Positions 38,130 through 51,229 of a DNA stretch of 64,000 nucleotides are shown here, piece after piece. Origin of the DNA: Hypanus sabinus (taxonomy: Eukaryota). The position numbers were made by a program, and so were the translations under genes. Location of the stretch: the NCBI RefSeq assembly GCF_030144855.1, contig NC_082731.1, positions 29,512,001-29,576,000 of the forward strand, read 5' to 3'. The notes beneath the pieces are model-generated. The model worked only from the letters and a program-made list of their open reading frames with translations, had not been told where the DNA came from and did no database searches. How positions within the stretch are numbered: the first letter of the stretch is position 1; every line of letters starts with the position of its first letter.

Positions 38130-40760
38130 GAGAAGTTGGCAGGGGGATGGGAAGCAGAGTGATGGAGCTGAGGATCCGGCTGTTGGTAAACAACTAGATG
38201 TGGTGTGTACTGAGGCTGAGAGGAAAGGACAGGCAGAAGATGGGCAAAATTGAAGTCATGTGAATGAGTTGAAGTGTAACTGGGGCCAAAATCAAAAAGA
38301 GTGATGAATAAAGGACTGAAGGTGTAATATTGGAAGGTCTTGTAGCGCAGTTAGAGATTGGCAGGTATGATGTTGTGAGCATCACTGAATCGTGGCTGAA
38401 AGATCATAGCTGGGAGCTTAACATCCAAAGATACACATTGTGTTGAGAGAATAGGCAGGTAGGCAGAGGGGAGGAGGTGGCTCTGTTGGTAAAAAAAATG
38501 AAATTAAATCCTTATAAAGTGGTGACATAGTATCAGACGATGTAGTATCATTGTAGGCAGAGTTAAGAAAGTGCAAGGGTAAAAAGATCCTGATGTGAGT
38601 TATATACAGACCCCTGAACAGTAGCCAGGATGATGGATACAAATTACAATGGGTGGGAGGAAAGATATGTAAAAAGGGTAAAGTTCAAATAGTCATGGAA
38701 TTTCAATATGTAGATAGATTGGGACAATGAGGTTGGTGCTAGATCCCGAGAGAAGAAATTTGTAGAATGCCTATGAGATTGTTTTTAGAGCAGCTTGTAG
38801 TTGAGTCCAAAAGTGGAACAGCAATTCTGGACTGGTAGTGTAATGAACCAGATTGGATTTGCAAACTTATGGTAAAGGAATCCTCAAGAAAAAGAGATCA
38901 TAATATTATTAAAATTCAGCTTGCATTTCGAGAAAGAGAAGCAATGTTCAGATGTATCAGTACTACAGTGGAGTAAAGGGAATTACAGACACATGAGAGA
39001 GGACCTGGCCACAGTTGATTCGAAGGGGTCAGTAAGAGGGATGATGGCAGTTTCTAGGAGAACTTTGGAAGGCATAGGAAAGATGCATCCCGAAGATGAA
39101 GAAGTATTCTAAAGGGAGGATGAAACAATCATAGCTATCAAAGGAAATCAAAGACAGAACAAAGGGAAAGAGAGGGCATATAATATAGCAAAAACCAACA
39201 GAAGGCTTTCTGTCTGGCATGTGCTAAATGTAGCTTGTACTGTGTATGACTCTTCATACAGCATTTTGCACCTTGGCCCCAGAGAAATGCTGCTTTGTTT
39301 GTCTGTACTGATGGGCATTCGCATCTGGTTGAATGATAATAAACTTGAATTTGGGCTACATCCACAATACGCTGGGTAAATCCGTAACCGAAGCTTTTCC
39401 TCCTCGATTTTACCCTCCGTCCACACTAAAACGGTGTTTTAGTCTCCTGAAACCAGAGCTTTTCAAAACCACTTTCCAAGGTGGGTACTTTTGAAAACGC
39501 TGCTCGGGCAGATCAATGTGGACGGCATAACCGGAGACTTCTGAAAACGCTATCAGACGGCAGCGCGTATTTCATTGTTTTCTTGAACGCAACCTAACAA
39601 CTTCAGAACAGACGGCAACGAGACTGAAGCCAGAAGAGTTAGAAATGTACTCCCAAATACTTTGACCCATAATTTACTGAATAAATAAGTATACTCACTT
39701 TGCCCTGTTTTCTGTCCTTGCTTGTATGAAGGTGGTTTACCTATTTCTGCAAGTACTTCTCTGACAATAGATGTGTAACAGCCGAATGTAACATTGTATG
39801 GAAATACAAGATACCATTGATGCAGACATGTTTTATACATTTAACATGGTGCTTTATTAATGCAACAGAGTTGGTCAGTTTTCCAATGTTTGTCGTCAGC
39901 CGGGTCAATCTGTCATTGAACTCCCTGTCGGTTGCCGCGATACGCTCAAGTATTTGTTTTTTTTTTAGCTTTAAGTTCTCCTGCAGGAGAGCCAACAGCT
40001 GTCCGTCGTTTTCAGTTTTTCTTGTCTGTAACTACACAAACACGCACTTTTATGGCGAGATTCGACACCAAACATGTTGCTTGTTTTTAGTAGATGTGTC
40101 CTGCGCATGCCCAGCAGGAGATTCGCCGAAATCTCCGTTTCAGTGTGGATAGAGATACTTTCAAAAACGCATAGTGTGGACACCTATCATTTATACATGA
40201 AACCAGCGTTTTCAAAATTATCCGGTCTAGTGTGGATGTAGCCTTAAAATTGAGGGCAACTTAAAAAAAAGACATAAAGAGAGAAGAGATGAAATATGAA
40301 GGTAAGCTAGACAACAACATAAAAGAGGATACCGAATATTTTCTGATATATGAAGAAAATCAGAGACCAGAATGGCTATCGGACCACGGGACAATTACGC
40401 TGGAGAGGTAGCAATATGGGACAAAGAAATGGCAGGCGAACTTAGTAAGTATTTTGTGTCAGTCTTCACTGTGGAATACAGCAGCAGAATGCCAGAAATG
40501 CAAGAGTGTCGGGGGCAGAAGTGATTGTCATTTCTGTTACCAAGCAGAACGTGCTTGGGATGCTGAAAAGTCTGAAGTCACCTGGAGCAGATGGACAACA
40601 CCTCAGGGCTCTGAAAGAGGAAGCTGAAGAGACTGGAGGCATTAGGAATGATCTTTCAACAGTCACTAGATTCTGAAATGGTTCCAGAGGACTGGAAAAT
40701 TGCAAATGTCACTCCACTTTTTAAGAAAGGGCAGAGGCAGAAGAAAGGAAATTATACGCA
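38130..40760 (+). mobile_element. CR1 fragment interrupted by a LINE tail and a Harbinger element
   Basis: Endonuclease and linker motifs (ITESWL; WKIANVTPLFKKG). Interrupted at about 39206-40250. Confidence 0.75.
39354..40243 (-). mobile_element. Non-autonomous PIF/Harbinger DNA transposon (890 bp)
   Basis: 13-bp perfect TIR GGCTACATCCACA; flanks TTG/TTA (the Harbinger TSD is 3-bp TWA); repeated subterminal TTTTCAAAA motifs; remnant LKLKKKQILERIAATDREFNDRL, resembling the end of the Myb/SANT ORF. Confidence 0.8.
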
Positions 40761-40763
40761 AGG

Positions 40764-41066
40764 TGGTTAATAGTTAGTGCAGTCTCACTGGTTAATAATG
40801 GTTAGTGCAGACTCAGCGGTTAATGGTTAGTGCTGACTCAGTGGTTAATGTCTAGTACAGACTCAGTGGTTAATGGTTAGTCCAGAATCAGTGTTGTTAA
40901 CGGTTAGTGCAAACTCAGTGTGGTTAGTAGATAGTACAGACTCTGGATAATGGTTAGTGCAGAGTCAGTAGTTAATGGTTAGTATAGACTCAGTGGTTAA
41001 TGGTTTGCACAAACTCAATGGTTAATGGTTAAGCCAGGCTCAGTGATTAATGATTAGTACAGACTC
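40764..41066 (+). repeat. Degenerate 25-bp minisatellite, about 12 copies
   Basis: Consensus gttaatggttagtgcagactcagtg. Confidence 0.85.
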
Positions 41067-41894
41067 CATGAGATGTTGGGCCTGTTTCTGTGTTGTATCT
41101 CTCTATCTTACAGGAAACAGTACAGACTGAGTAGGGAAGCCCTTGTAAGTGTTCCCCGGACTAACCATCAAAAGAGATAAGTGTCACCCCATTACAATCT
41201 GAAGGGGCATGCAGACCTGAATCACCAGTGATTAATGTTCTTTCCCAGACACTGTCTACCTCGCTGTTTTCTGATTTTATTTTCTACGCTCTTGCACATT
41301 CTAATAGAAAATGTGACTTCCTTGCAACTCAGCCCCCATTCATCATCAAAAACTTTTGTGGTTCATTTGTGGACATGGTTGGTCTGCAATGCAGAATAAT
41401 CAGACCATTTTACCCAAAAGCAACCACTGGCATTTACAGTGTGGCTTTAGTATAGGAAATCAGCAGAAGGTGTTTAACAGGAACATAAATCAGATGTCAG
41501 GTCATAGAAGGAGAGGGAATGGCAGGTGAGGAATTGTCTGGTCAGAGGAGGAATCTGGAAGCAATGCCTCAGTCCAACGGGATGATGTGCTGAAATGGTT
41601 TGCACCACAATTTACTGACTCACTGAGACGTCTGACACAGAGTGATGGAAGAGTGAAGGGAATGGAAATGACATCCATAAGATGGATTTAAATTAAAGAG
41701 GAAGAGAAAGACACAGACTGCAGGTTTAAATTCACTAGAATGAATCTGTGGACTTTGTTGAGGAAGCTCCTCAGACAGAGTAATTGACAGTAGGACTGGA
41801 CTCCCATATGGAGGAGGGTGAGAGGAAACTCAGGAATCATTTCAGAATGAACTCATGGGAAAAATCAGTAAAGTCCATGTAAATTATTTAATTC

Positions 41895-42180
41895 ATTTAT
41901 TTATTGGCACACAGCATGGAAAAGGCCCTTCTGGCCCTTCGAGCCACACTGCCCAGGAATCCCGATTTAATCCTCGTCTCATCACAGGACAATTTACAGT
42001 GACCAGTTAAAGTATCAAACTGAGGTACTTTAGACTTTGGACTGTGAGAGGAAACCAGAGTACCCGGTGGAAACTCACACATTCTTGGGGAGACATTACA
42101 ATTTCCTTACAGGCTGTGGCAGGAATTGAACCCCAGGCTGCCTGCACCATAAAGCACTCTGCTAACCCACTGCACTACCA
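41895..42180 (-). mobile_element. tRNA-derived V-SINE (HE1-like)
   Basis: Reverse-strand A box TAGTGCAGTGG and B box GGTTCAATTCC. Central V-domain-like ggactgtgagaggaaaccagagtacccggtggaaactcac on the + strand. Confidence 0.75.
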
Positions 42181-44214
42181 AATGCTGGGTTTCCCAGCCT
42201 GTCTGATGGATTCATTAATTAAAACTTAAACTTGTGTTGGGTCCTGAACTCAAAGTTCTTCAGCAGTCAAGAAGGGGCGTTAAAACCCGTTGCTTATGAC
42301 CGCTGAAAACTGGTAGCAGACATTCTATTCAAATTCCATTGCTTAAATTAAACAATAAAATAGTCCCTATTCGAGCAATGTGATACCCGCCACTGAAAGT
42401 GGGAGTTTCCAGGAGATACACAGGCAATGGCAACTCACTGAGCAATTACATGTATATAACTAATTATTTAAAGACAAACAAACACAAGAAAGTTAAACTA
42501 CAATGAAAATTACAACTATGCCGTCCAATCCAAAACCTGAAAGGGCCAACTTCCCAAAATGATAAGGTAGTATCATCCTGGTACCTTCCTCGGGACAGTT
42601 ATTGTGAGATCTATCAATATGTTCTTACCAAGATTGATACACGGTTTAAAGAGACTCAAATCCAGGTCAGGTGACGTTATTTAATTCAAGGTGAACACAA
42701 AAATCAAACAGCAAGCTATTGGCCCAAGGCTCTTGTAGGAGTAAAACTACAAATTTTACTGTCCTGATGCCAGAGAGAAAGGTTGACTAAACATCTATTC
42801 TTGCAGACCTCATCAGCTGATAACCTGTCAATGACAATTAGGTAACAGATTATTGAATGTCTCTGAATCTGCAAGTTTGTTATCCTTGATCTTCAGGGCC
42901 TGAGAGCTTCCAGGCCAATGATAACCCCCAATTCCCACAGTGATCCAAAGTGATTATGGTATGTGTTGCTGTTTCAGTCTAAGCTTTATTCACTGGGCAG
43001 CAATTGTTCTCATCAACAAACATCAGCATGTCACACCGGGATTCTGCCCACCCATCGGTGTAACGTTGACAAGGCAGTCTGTGGCATCTTTTAGTTTCTC
43101 CTTCTTTTTCACTTTATTGATGACAATTCACAATTATCTGATCACCAAGATGGACCTTAGTGCTCAGTCTGAGCAAACACACTTTAAGTAGTTGGTGGCA
43201 GTCTCCCAACTGCTTCAGAACATAAAGTGCAAGTGTACATACATTTGAACTGCTCATTCCCATAACATAATCAATAAATCAATCAGTAACACTCAATCAT
43301 CATTACAGTGAGCCCATTTCTGACTCGTGGCAAATGCTCTGTAATGAGGAGAGGGTCTTGCTGTCTCTGTGTCGTTTGACCTTTGATTTTGATTGATTTC
43401 ATTTCATTCTGTATGGTAAACGTGAACCTGTTGGTTGGTGCAAAACACAATGTTAGAATTGTATTTCCATATGTAAAGCAGTGTGTTTATTCTTGTTAGT
43501 AACACAGCTCCACTGGGAGGGCCCCCTGCTCAAATTAAACCTGCCTGTGAAACCGGAGAGGAAGTGTAAGGACTGAGTGTTAATGTTATCGCAGAGTTTC
43601 AGACATCTGTCAGCTATTAATAACAAATAGTTACTGAGCTTCAAGTAAACCTACAACACAGAACAGTACAGCACAGGAACAGGCCCTTCAGCCCATTGTG
43701 ACTGTGACAACCTTAACACCAAGTTAATCTAAAGCGAACTATCTGCACAGAATCCATATCCCTCCATATCCTGAATGGTCATGTGTTTTTCAAATGTATC
43801 TCAACTGTACTATCATGCTGATTCACCACCACTCCTTCCAGTGCATTACAGGCACCTATCACTTTGTGTAAAAAATACAACCCACAAATCTCCTTTGAAT
43901 GTTATACCCCTCAACTTAAGTCTATGTATTTTTGGATACAACATTTTACCTTGGAAAAATAACTCTGACTGTCTATCCTGTCCGCCAGAAGAAACTCCAG
44001 CCTAATCAAGGACAGGCGAGGCAGACAAACCAGTTGTCTTTTTTTCCCCACATTTTGGACTCTGAGCTGATTGTTACTCTGGGGCGATCTAATCAGAGCA
44101 ATTGAATGTGGATGCAAGGAATTTCTGGTAGTGACCTGCTAAATGTGAGACCATTCTTGAATGAGTAGGTACTTACTATGCAAAATGCCAAACCTACCAA
44201 AGAAAAAAATCTTT

Positions 44215-44345
44215 GACGTCCTGACGAAGGGTCTCAGCTCGAAACATTGACTGCTCCTTTCAATGGATGGTGCCCAACCTGCTGCGTTCATCCAGCTTTT
44301 TTGTACGTCTTGATTTGACCATAGCATCTGCAGTGTACTTTGTGT
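44215..44345 (+). mobile_element. Penelope-like 3' terminus with the best-preserved hammerhead motif in the window
   Basis: gtc-CTGACGA-a-gggt ctca gctc-GAAAC-att-gac, followed by the PLE tail. Confidence 0.65.
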
Positions 44346-46069
44346 TAAACAAAAAAAATCTGTTATCTTGTTTGACGCTGTCCGGGTCACTTCATTTAAC
44401 TGGTTTGGACCGGTCAGAGTTGAAAGACTCAAATACACTAGGCTGGGATGGGCAGAACCATGAAACAATGTTAGTGTAGCCCTGTACAATGACCAGTAAG
44501 AAGGTGACTGAGGTAGGTCAGGTGACCTTGAGCCAATGGGATGGAGATCCACCAGTTCAATTGATGAGCAACACTGTAAGAATCAGGAACTCCAAATAAA
44601 CAGGGGTGATAACTCTCCAGTAACCAGAGACCAACCATTGTGCACAAGTAGGACCTCACTGATACATGGAGATTGGGACCATGAGGAATGCCTGGCCAGC
44701 GTTGACTCCTTTCCCGGGTAATACCTTTTGTCTTCATTGACTGTTCATGGAGGGTCAGGGATTCTAGTCAGGTGCACACAGGTAATTAGTTTGTGAACCC
44801 ACGTGCTTTTGAGTTGAGACAATAAAAGTTACTTGTCAGTAAATACAGATTCTCTGTCCTTCCCAGATCATTATTACAAGGGGTGATTCTTGTAACAACC
44901 CTATTGATGACTCTCATACTTTCATAAGCCTCTATCAGGTTGCCTCTCAGCCTACGCTCCAGGGTAAACAGTCAAAGATTGTTCAACCCCTCCTTACAGG
45001 TAATATTCTGTAATCCAGGCAACATGCTCGTGAATGTCTTTTACACCCTCTCCAAAGCCTCCACATCCTTACAATGGAGCAAACAGAACTGGGGTTTCAT
45101 GAAGTTTCACCCAGGTTAATGCAGGCATGAAAACCTCTGCTTTAACTTCGGCAAAAAACAATCTGTACTCTCCTCTTACCCAGTCCCATGAATTTCTCCC
45201 AGTCGGGGCACTGTCACTTTGATGCTGCAATGTACTGGATTCAACTTTAGGGCTCTTTCCTGTGAAAACAGGGGGACATTTTTGACCATATTAGTAACAC
45301 GTGAATGGTTTTGATGCTCAAATACACCCTGGATAGGAGGGTCATGAGAATGTTGAAGTGTAAAGCACATTTCCACATAAAATTACCTGATAGGGTGGAG
45401 GAGAATGGTGGTTCAGTCTTCAGGAGGATTAAAACTATTTGGATTATCTATCCAGGGAGTGGGGAGAATGTAGTCTCTCCACAGAAGTGAATGTGGAGAA
45501 AGGGAACAGACAGAAAAGATAACCCAGTTGCACAAAGATGGAGTGACTGAAGGTTCATGCAGAAAATGAACAATGGCATGAAATTATTGGTCTGAATCTG
45601 CTCCTCTGCTGTACATTTCATTTAAGTCTGTGTAGTACCAGAGTTTCAGGAGGGAAACAAAATCTATTGAGTTTACTTTTCTTCACCATGTTCCTCTCCG
45701 ACTCTCTTTATCTCTTCCTAGGACTTTCACTCTCCTGTTCCCCCTCACTCACTGCATATCCATGTCATATTTCTCTCATTTCCATTTTCCCCTTTGTCAC
45801 CCCTCTTATCACTTCCTCTCCATTTCATTCTCTCCCACTTCATGTCTCGTATCCTCTTCCTCCTTCATTCCTCTGCATGTTCCTCTCTCTTTATTCTCCC
45901 TTCATTTTTCCTTCCCAAACTCTTTCTCAGGAACTGTTGTTTCCCAGTAGCAGCTGTTGGGCCCAGACCAGTCACCTAAGGTCAGGTATATCAGATCGTC
46001 AGACTCAACTAGTTTCTGCCTTCACTCCCATCGGTATCAGAAACACGTTTAATATCACTGACATTTGTT

Positions 46070-46685
46070 GTGTTGTGTCAGCAGTACAGTGCAACACATT
46101 AAAAATTATAAATTACAATAAATGTATATATAAATATGAGGTAGTGTTGATGAATTGATACATTGCCTGGTCAGAAATCTGATGGCAGAGGGAAGGAAGC
46201 TGTTCCTGAATTGTTGAGTGTGCGTCTCCAGCTCCTGTGCCTCCTCTCTGATGTAGTAATAAGAAAAGAACATGTCCTGTATGATGTGAGTTTTTAACAA
46301 TGGATGCGGCTTTTCGAGGCACCAAAACATCTCAAACTCCTAATGAAATTTAATCTCTAATGTTCCTTGTTTGTCATTTTATCAATAAGTTGGACCCAGT
46401 TAGCAATGTTGACAGCTGGGAATTTGAAACTGCTCACTCTTTCCACTGCTGATCCCTCAGTGATACCTAATGTGTGTACCCCCACATTCCCTTCCCGAAG
46501 GCCACAATCAATTCATTATTCTTACTGACGCTGAGTGAAGGTCGTTGGTGCGACACCACTCTACCAGCCAATCTATCTCACTTCTGTACACCTCCTCGTC
46601 ACCATCTGAGATTCTGCCAACAACAGACAAATGTGAAGATGGCATTTGAGCTGTGCCTAGCCACACAGTCATGGGTGTAGAGAGA
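46070..46685 (-). mobile_element. Rex1/Babar-like LINE 3' fragment
   Basis: RKAASIVKNSHHTGHVLF...THTQQFRNSFLPSAIRFL. Confidence 0.75.
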
Positions 46686-48029
46686 CTAGGATGGAGCATG
46701 TTCCATATCTCAATTCAGAATGGGACAAAGAGGCAGAGGGAGCCGGAACAGATTAGCCAGCTGTGAGATTTTTAACTTACAGCTGTAAGCCTAGAAAATT
46801 TCGAACAATCTGTAATGAATACAAGCCAATGGTGGGTCGAAGCAGGTACACATGAAAATAGTCAGGTGTGGTGAGAAACATAAGGAGGTAAACTGCCCAC
46901 AGTCACTGAGGTTGTTGTTTGGTGAGCTCGTGTTTCAAGAGAGGTCTTGTTTCTGCTGTGTCAGCTGACTGACACAGATTCCATAAGGGAATAAACAATC
47001 CCAGTGGAAAGAGGGAATGTGCAAGGTTTACTTTGGATGAGAGACCCGTGGCAAGTTTGGGTTCTAATTAATCCTAAGGATGAATTTAAGCTAAAGTTCT
47101 CATGTGCTGCAGTTAATGAGGAAAACAGGGGTACAGAGTGGTGGATATGACACAGCTATGGATTAGAGATCTAGTTAGACCACATCTGGAGCACTGGCAG
47201 TGATTCTTGGCATCACTCTTCAGGAAGGGTGTGTTTTCCTTGGCTGGGAGCGGTTTGGTATTTCTGTTGGGAAGGGGGCCAGTGAAGTGCTACTGGGACA
47301 GGTTTAGTTAGCATATTAGGTCTGGTCTTCTGTTCCCTGAAGTGTGGAAATTGAAAGCAAGTGCAATTGGGCAACTTAAAAACATTCAAGGATGGCACAG
47401 AAGAATAACATAAAGAATGTGTTATTTCAGGGTATACAGGGCACTGGAAATCTGGAACTCTCCCTGAGAAGTGGTCAAGACTGGAGAGCCATGTCAGTTG
47501 AAACTTCAAAGTTAATAGAATTTTGTTTGTTCAATTATTAATATATGTGGAGCCAAAGAAGGTAGATGGAGATTGGACACAGATCAGCTTAAAAAAGTGG
47601 GCTGAACAACCTCCTTCTGACACAAAGTGCATGGGATAAATTTGTACAGAATCTCTGTGTGCAGCTGTTGATTTACCAGAAACTCATTTCATATTTTCTT
47701 TCTTAACAGGTGGATGAAACTGGACAGTGATATAGAGGCTATATCCTTCTCAGCTTCCTGTAGGAGATGTGGCTTGACTTAATCTGAACAGGGGACCTTC
47801 CAGAGGAAATAGGCATACTAAAAATAATAAACTCGCTGCTGAATGCCAAGAAATACTTTTCTGATTCAGGGACCAATACCAATAAGCAATTCTTCTACAG
47901 TATTATTGAAAAGAGGAATGACTAATGGGACTGAAAGTCTGAAGGGAGAAGGGGTCCATGCAAGTATGGAGACATCTGTCCTCTGGGAAGTAACAATATA
48001 AAGCTGACTTAAACCAAACATAAATATTG

Positions 48030-51000
48030 GGTTCTATGGGAAGAAAACAGAGATTGGCTCAGATTGAAGGTGGTGGTTATTTACGCTGCAAACAGGAAAT
48101 CTGTGCTCTGGCCCAATGCCATTATACTGATGGTTCCAACTGAACTGCTCCAGTACAGATACAACACTGACATCTGCACAAAAATGGGAAAAGTTGCCCA
48201 GTATGTCCATTCTCGAAATACAGGACAAATCTAGTTAGACAATAATGGCCCAACTCATCTACACAATGTTCAGTAAAGTGATGGGAGCCATAGTTGACAT
48301 TATTGGCAAGAGGCACTGACTCACCAGTGACCAGTTTAAACTTTGCTAGCACCACTTGGTTCTTCGTTGATCAATCTTGTTGTTTTATCTTAACCTCTCC
48401 TTACAGTTAATATGCTCCAATCAAAACAACACTAAGCTGAATCTACTCTGCACCCTCTCCAAAGTACCCACTTCTTTTCTGTAATGCAATAACTAGAACT
48501 TTACATGCTCCAAATGTGGAATTAGTATACAAACTCAAGATAAGCAGGACAATTTTGGAACGAATCCTCTGTGGCCCGAGAATTCACCAGAAGTTCTCCC
48601 TGTTGATGCTAACAAATGCCATTTCAAAGTCCATGAAATGTGTGTGTAGTTGTCACTGTCACTTTGCGTTCTGCTCTATGACATTCCACAGTCTGAAGAT
48701 CTCACCGACAAAACCTTTATTCTTCCTGAAGCCATCTTGCTCCTTCTTCAAGCACTCATAAACAGTATCTGTAATCCACTGGACAATGACTTTGTTGAGA
48801 ACCTTGCTAGTCACTGACAGAAGTGTGATTTTGCACCAGTTGTTTCAATCACTCAGTGTTCCTTTCTTGTGGATCCTAACAATAACTCCCTTTGTCCAGT
48901 CCTTGGGTACTTGTCCCCATTCCCAGATTATAATAAACAGTGATTGCAGAATGGCTGCTGCAACTTCTGGTTCAGCTTTGAACAGTTCGGTGTTCAAAAT
49001 ATCATGTCCTGCTGTTCTCTAATGATTTAATCGCAGCAACAATCTCTTCTTTCTTGGGTTGCATTGATGTCTAGATCCATTGCTACTTCTTGTATGTCAG
49101 GGTCTTCATCTGGTGGTGTTCTATTCAGTAATTCTCTGAAATACACTGTCCATCGTGCTCCTTGATCTTTATTAGTTGTCAACACCAAACCAATTTTATC
49201 TCTCATGGGACAACTGCATCTGGCCTGGAGCTTTTTGCATACCAATTTTGACATCTTGCATATATTTTCCTGATCACCTTGATTGGCTGCTTCTGTGGCT
49301 TCCACTGCTAGGTCTTCCGTGTAGACTCACTTATCCATTTTTTGAAGCTTTTCACTTTCTTGCCAGTTGAAGTTTCACCTTAATTTGTGTTGACTTTGCA
49401 TCAAACACTTTCCTCCTGATTTTCCATCTTTCTTCTAAGGCTGTTCATGTTTCCTGCAGTATCCATTCTTTGTTTTTCTTTCCAGCTCTGTAATGTAGAC
49501 AAGTCTCGCTGATTCCCTTGAACACTGACACATCCTCGTCAAAGGCCTGAAATCTGTTCTTAAGTTGAATGGTGACAGCAGATTGCACACTGGTGTCCTT
49601 GAACTCAACATCAAAATGTCTTTGTACATATGCTCTAGTCCAGTTCTTCTCAGCATGAGTTTCATCATTGCTACAACAAGTTTGTGATTACTTCCTGTAT
49701 CTGCACTCCTCTTCACCTTTATACCTTGCTAGGGTCGGCTCCACATACCAAAGATCATCAAATAGTCAATCTGGATCTTATCACATCCATTGGGCGAACA
49801 CAATGTCAGTTTGTGGAAAGAGAGTCATCCTATGACCAAATTGTTCACGGCACAGAATTCCACCAGTCTTTCACCGTTACTGTCCATTGCTATTCATTGT
49901 CTCACTTCCTTGTGTGCCCATGACCCTAGTGAAGTGTCAGTTGTTATTTCCCACTATGCCATTCAGAACTCCTATGATGATTACATCATGGTGTGGTGTT
50001 AACTCTACCTCCGTTGTTTGTAGAAGGTGTCCTTTTCTTCAATGTCACTACTGTTACTTGGAGCATAGCACTGGATCACAGTCATGTTCACTTGCTTCAC
50101 TCTCAGCCTGACTCTCACCAGCCGACTGTTGATTGTTTACTCCAGCGGGCACTTCTCAATGCCTTTCTTCAAAATGACAGCTACACCATCATGATGCTGA
50201 CCATCTTCCCTTCCTGAATATAGAACTGTTTCACCAGTTGCTGCCTTTATTCTGCCAGACCCTGTCCATCTGCTTTCAGTGACACCAGTGTATGTTGGCT
50301 GTAAAGACACATTACTGTGGTTATTTGTGTGAGCTTGCAGTGTTGTACGTGGTTTGTACATTTCCAAAAAACATTTTTGCTCTTGGTCTTTGTGAAGTTC
50401 ATGGCTTCCTTTACCATGCCAGTAGCTTTCTCCCAGTTTTCAATACTGTCAGCCATGCAAGTCCCGGGTGGTGACTAGGGAATACCATCGCACTCAGATG
50501 TAGGATTCCTCATTTCTGTTTCTGTAACTGTGATGACAGTCCTTGATGAGGATGGTTTGGACCCAAATGCTGGAGTATCCGAAGCAAAGTTCAAGACACA
50601 GTATCAAACTGGATTGGGAACTGAGCACAAAACAAACGTTGGACAATGTCACCAGTCGGGCTTACGATTGAGCACCGAACATCAGCTCAGATGTTCTTTA
50701 AATACTCAATTCTTGGAGCCCAAAACATGATTGTCAATAAGTGGGATCATCCTGAACAGTAGAAGGGCTGCTACTAGCTATCCACACTCTGCAGAATCAG
50801 ACAGTCTAAATCCTGGTGGTTAGGAGTGTCTCGTAACAAAAATTATTTTTCTTTTTGACTAGTCAGGTTCACTAACCCTGACCTGAAACTCCGAACTTGG
50901 AGGAATGGTGGATCACTCTTCGTCTGGCATCTACACTTTGACCTGTTTAGCATGGGTGACTCTACCGAGAGCTAAAGCACAAGACCCTGACTCAAGTCAA

Positions 51001-51035
51001 CATAGATCTCTGGGTTATTGAGGCACACAAACCCT
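48030..51035 (-). mobile_element. RTE-clade LINE, decayed (5' UTR, APE domain, RT N-half)
   Basis: GVTESRWTGSGRIKAATGETVLYSGREDGQHHDGVAVIL; RSADTGSNHKLVVA; RT motifs at about 48500-48900. Confidence 0.85.
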
Positions 51036-51229
51036 ACAAAAATTTTTGGTGCTCTTGGAGGAAAAAAATGATTCACCATTTTGACTGGTGTCTTGGTGGG
51101 GTTGTTGTGTCAGGTGAATGTAAAAGATTTGGAAATTTCTCCACTATGCATCCCAACATTGACGCCTCAATCAGCATCACTGAATGTCTGATCTCTTTGT
51201 CTGATCAGACTGAATGTCTGATCGCCAAG

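Noticed and set aside
37540-38660. Inverted CR1 pair as a fold-back structure
   Set aside because: The arms are visibly diverged with indels, which fits independent insertions of an abundant family. The same applies to the head-to-head CR1 junction at about 32720.
41114-41144. Plus-strand micro-exon candidates (also 2428-2510, 8690-8846 and an acceptor at 47710)
   Set aside because: Splice-like signals occur on both strands at chance-like frequency, and the peptides are unrecognisable or contain stops.
42937-42975. Isolated CACAGTG heptamers outside the cluster (also about 6819, 14625, 15917, 56912)
   Set aside because: None that I checked has a nonamer at 12- or 23-bp spacing or an adjacent Ig coding segment.
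42985-43140. Minus-strand peptide IVINKVKKKEKLKDATDCLVNVTPMGGQNPGVTC* followed by AATAAA, resembling a cytoplasmic-tail exon
   Set aside because: Both nearby AG acceptors give in-frame stops before the peptide, so no usable exon results.
44345-44880. Possible additional solo LTR (AATAAAA at about 44821, ends ...ttaca)
   Set aside because: I could not define a matching TG start or a TSD.
46776-46789. Perfect 14-bp palindrome CTTACAGCTGTAAG
   Set aside because: A single short palindrome without context is plausible by chance in 64 kb.
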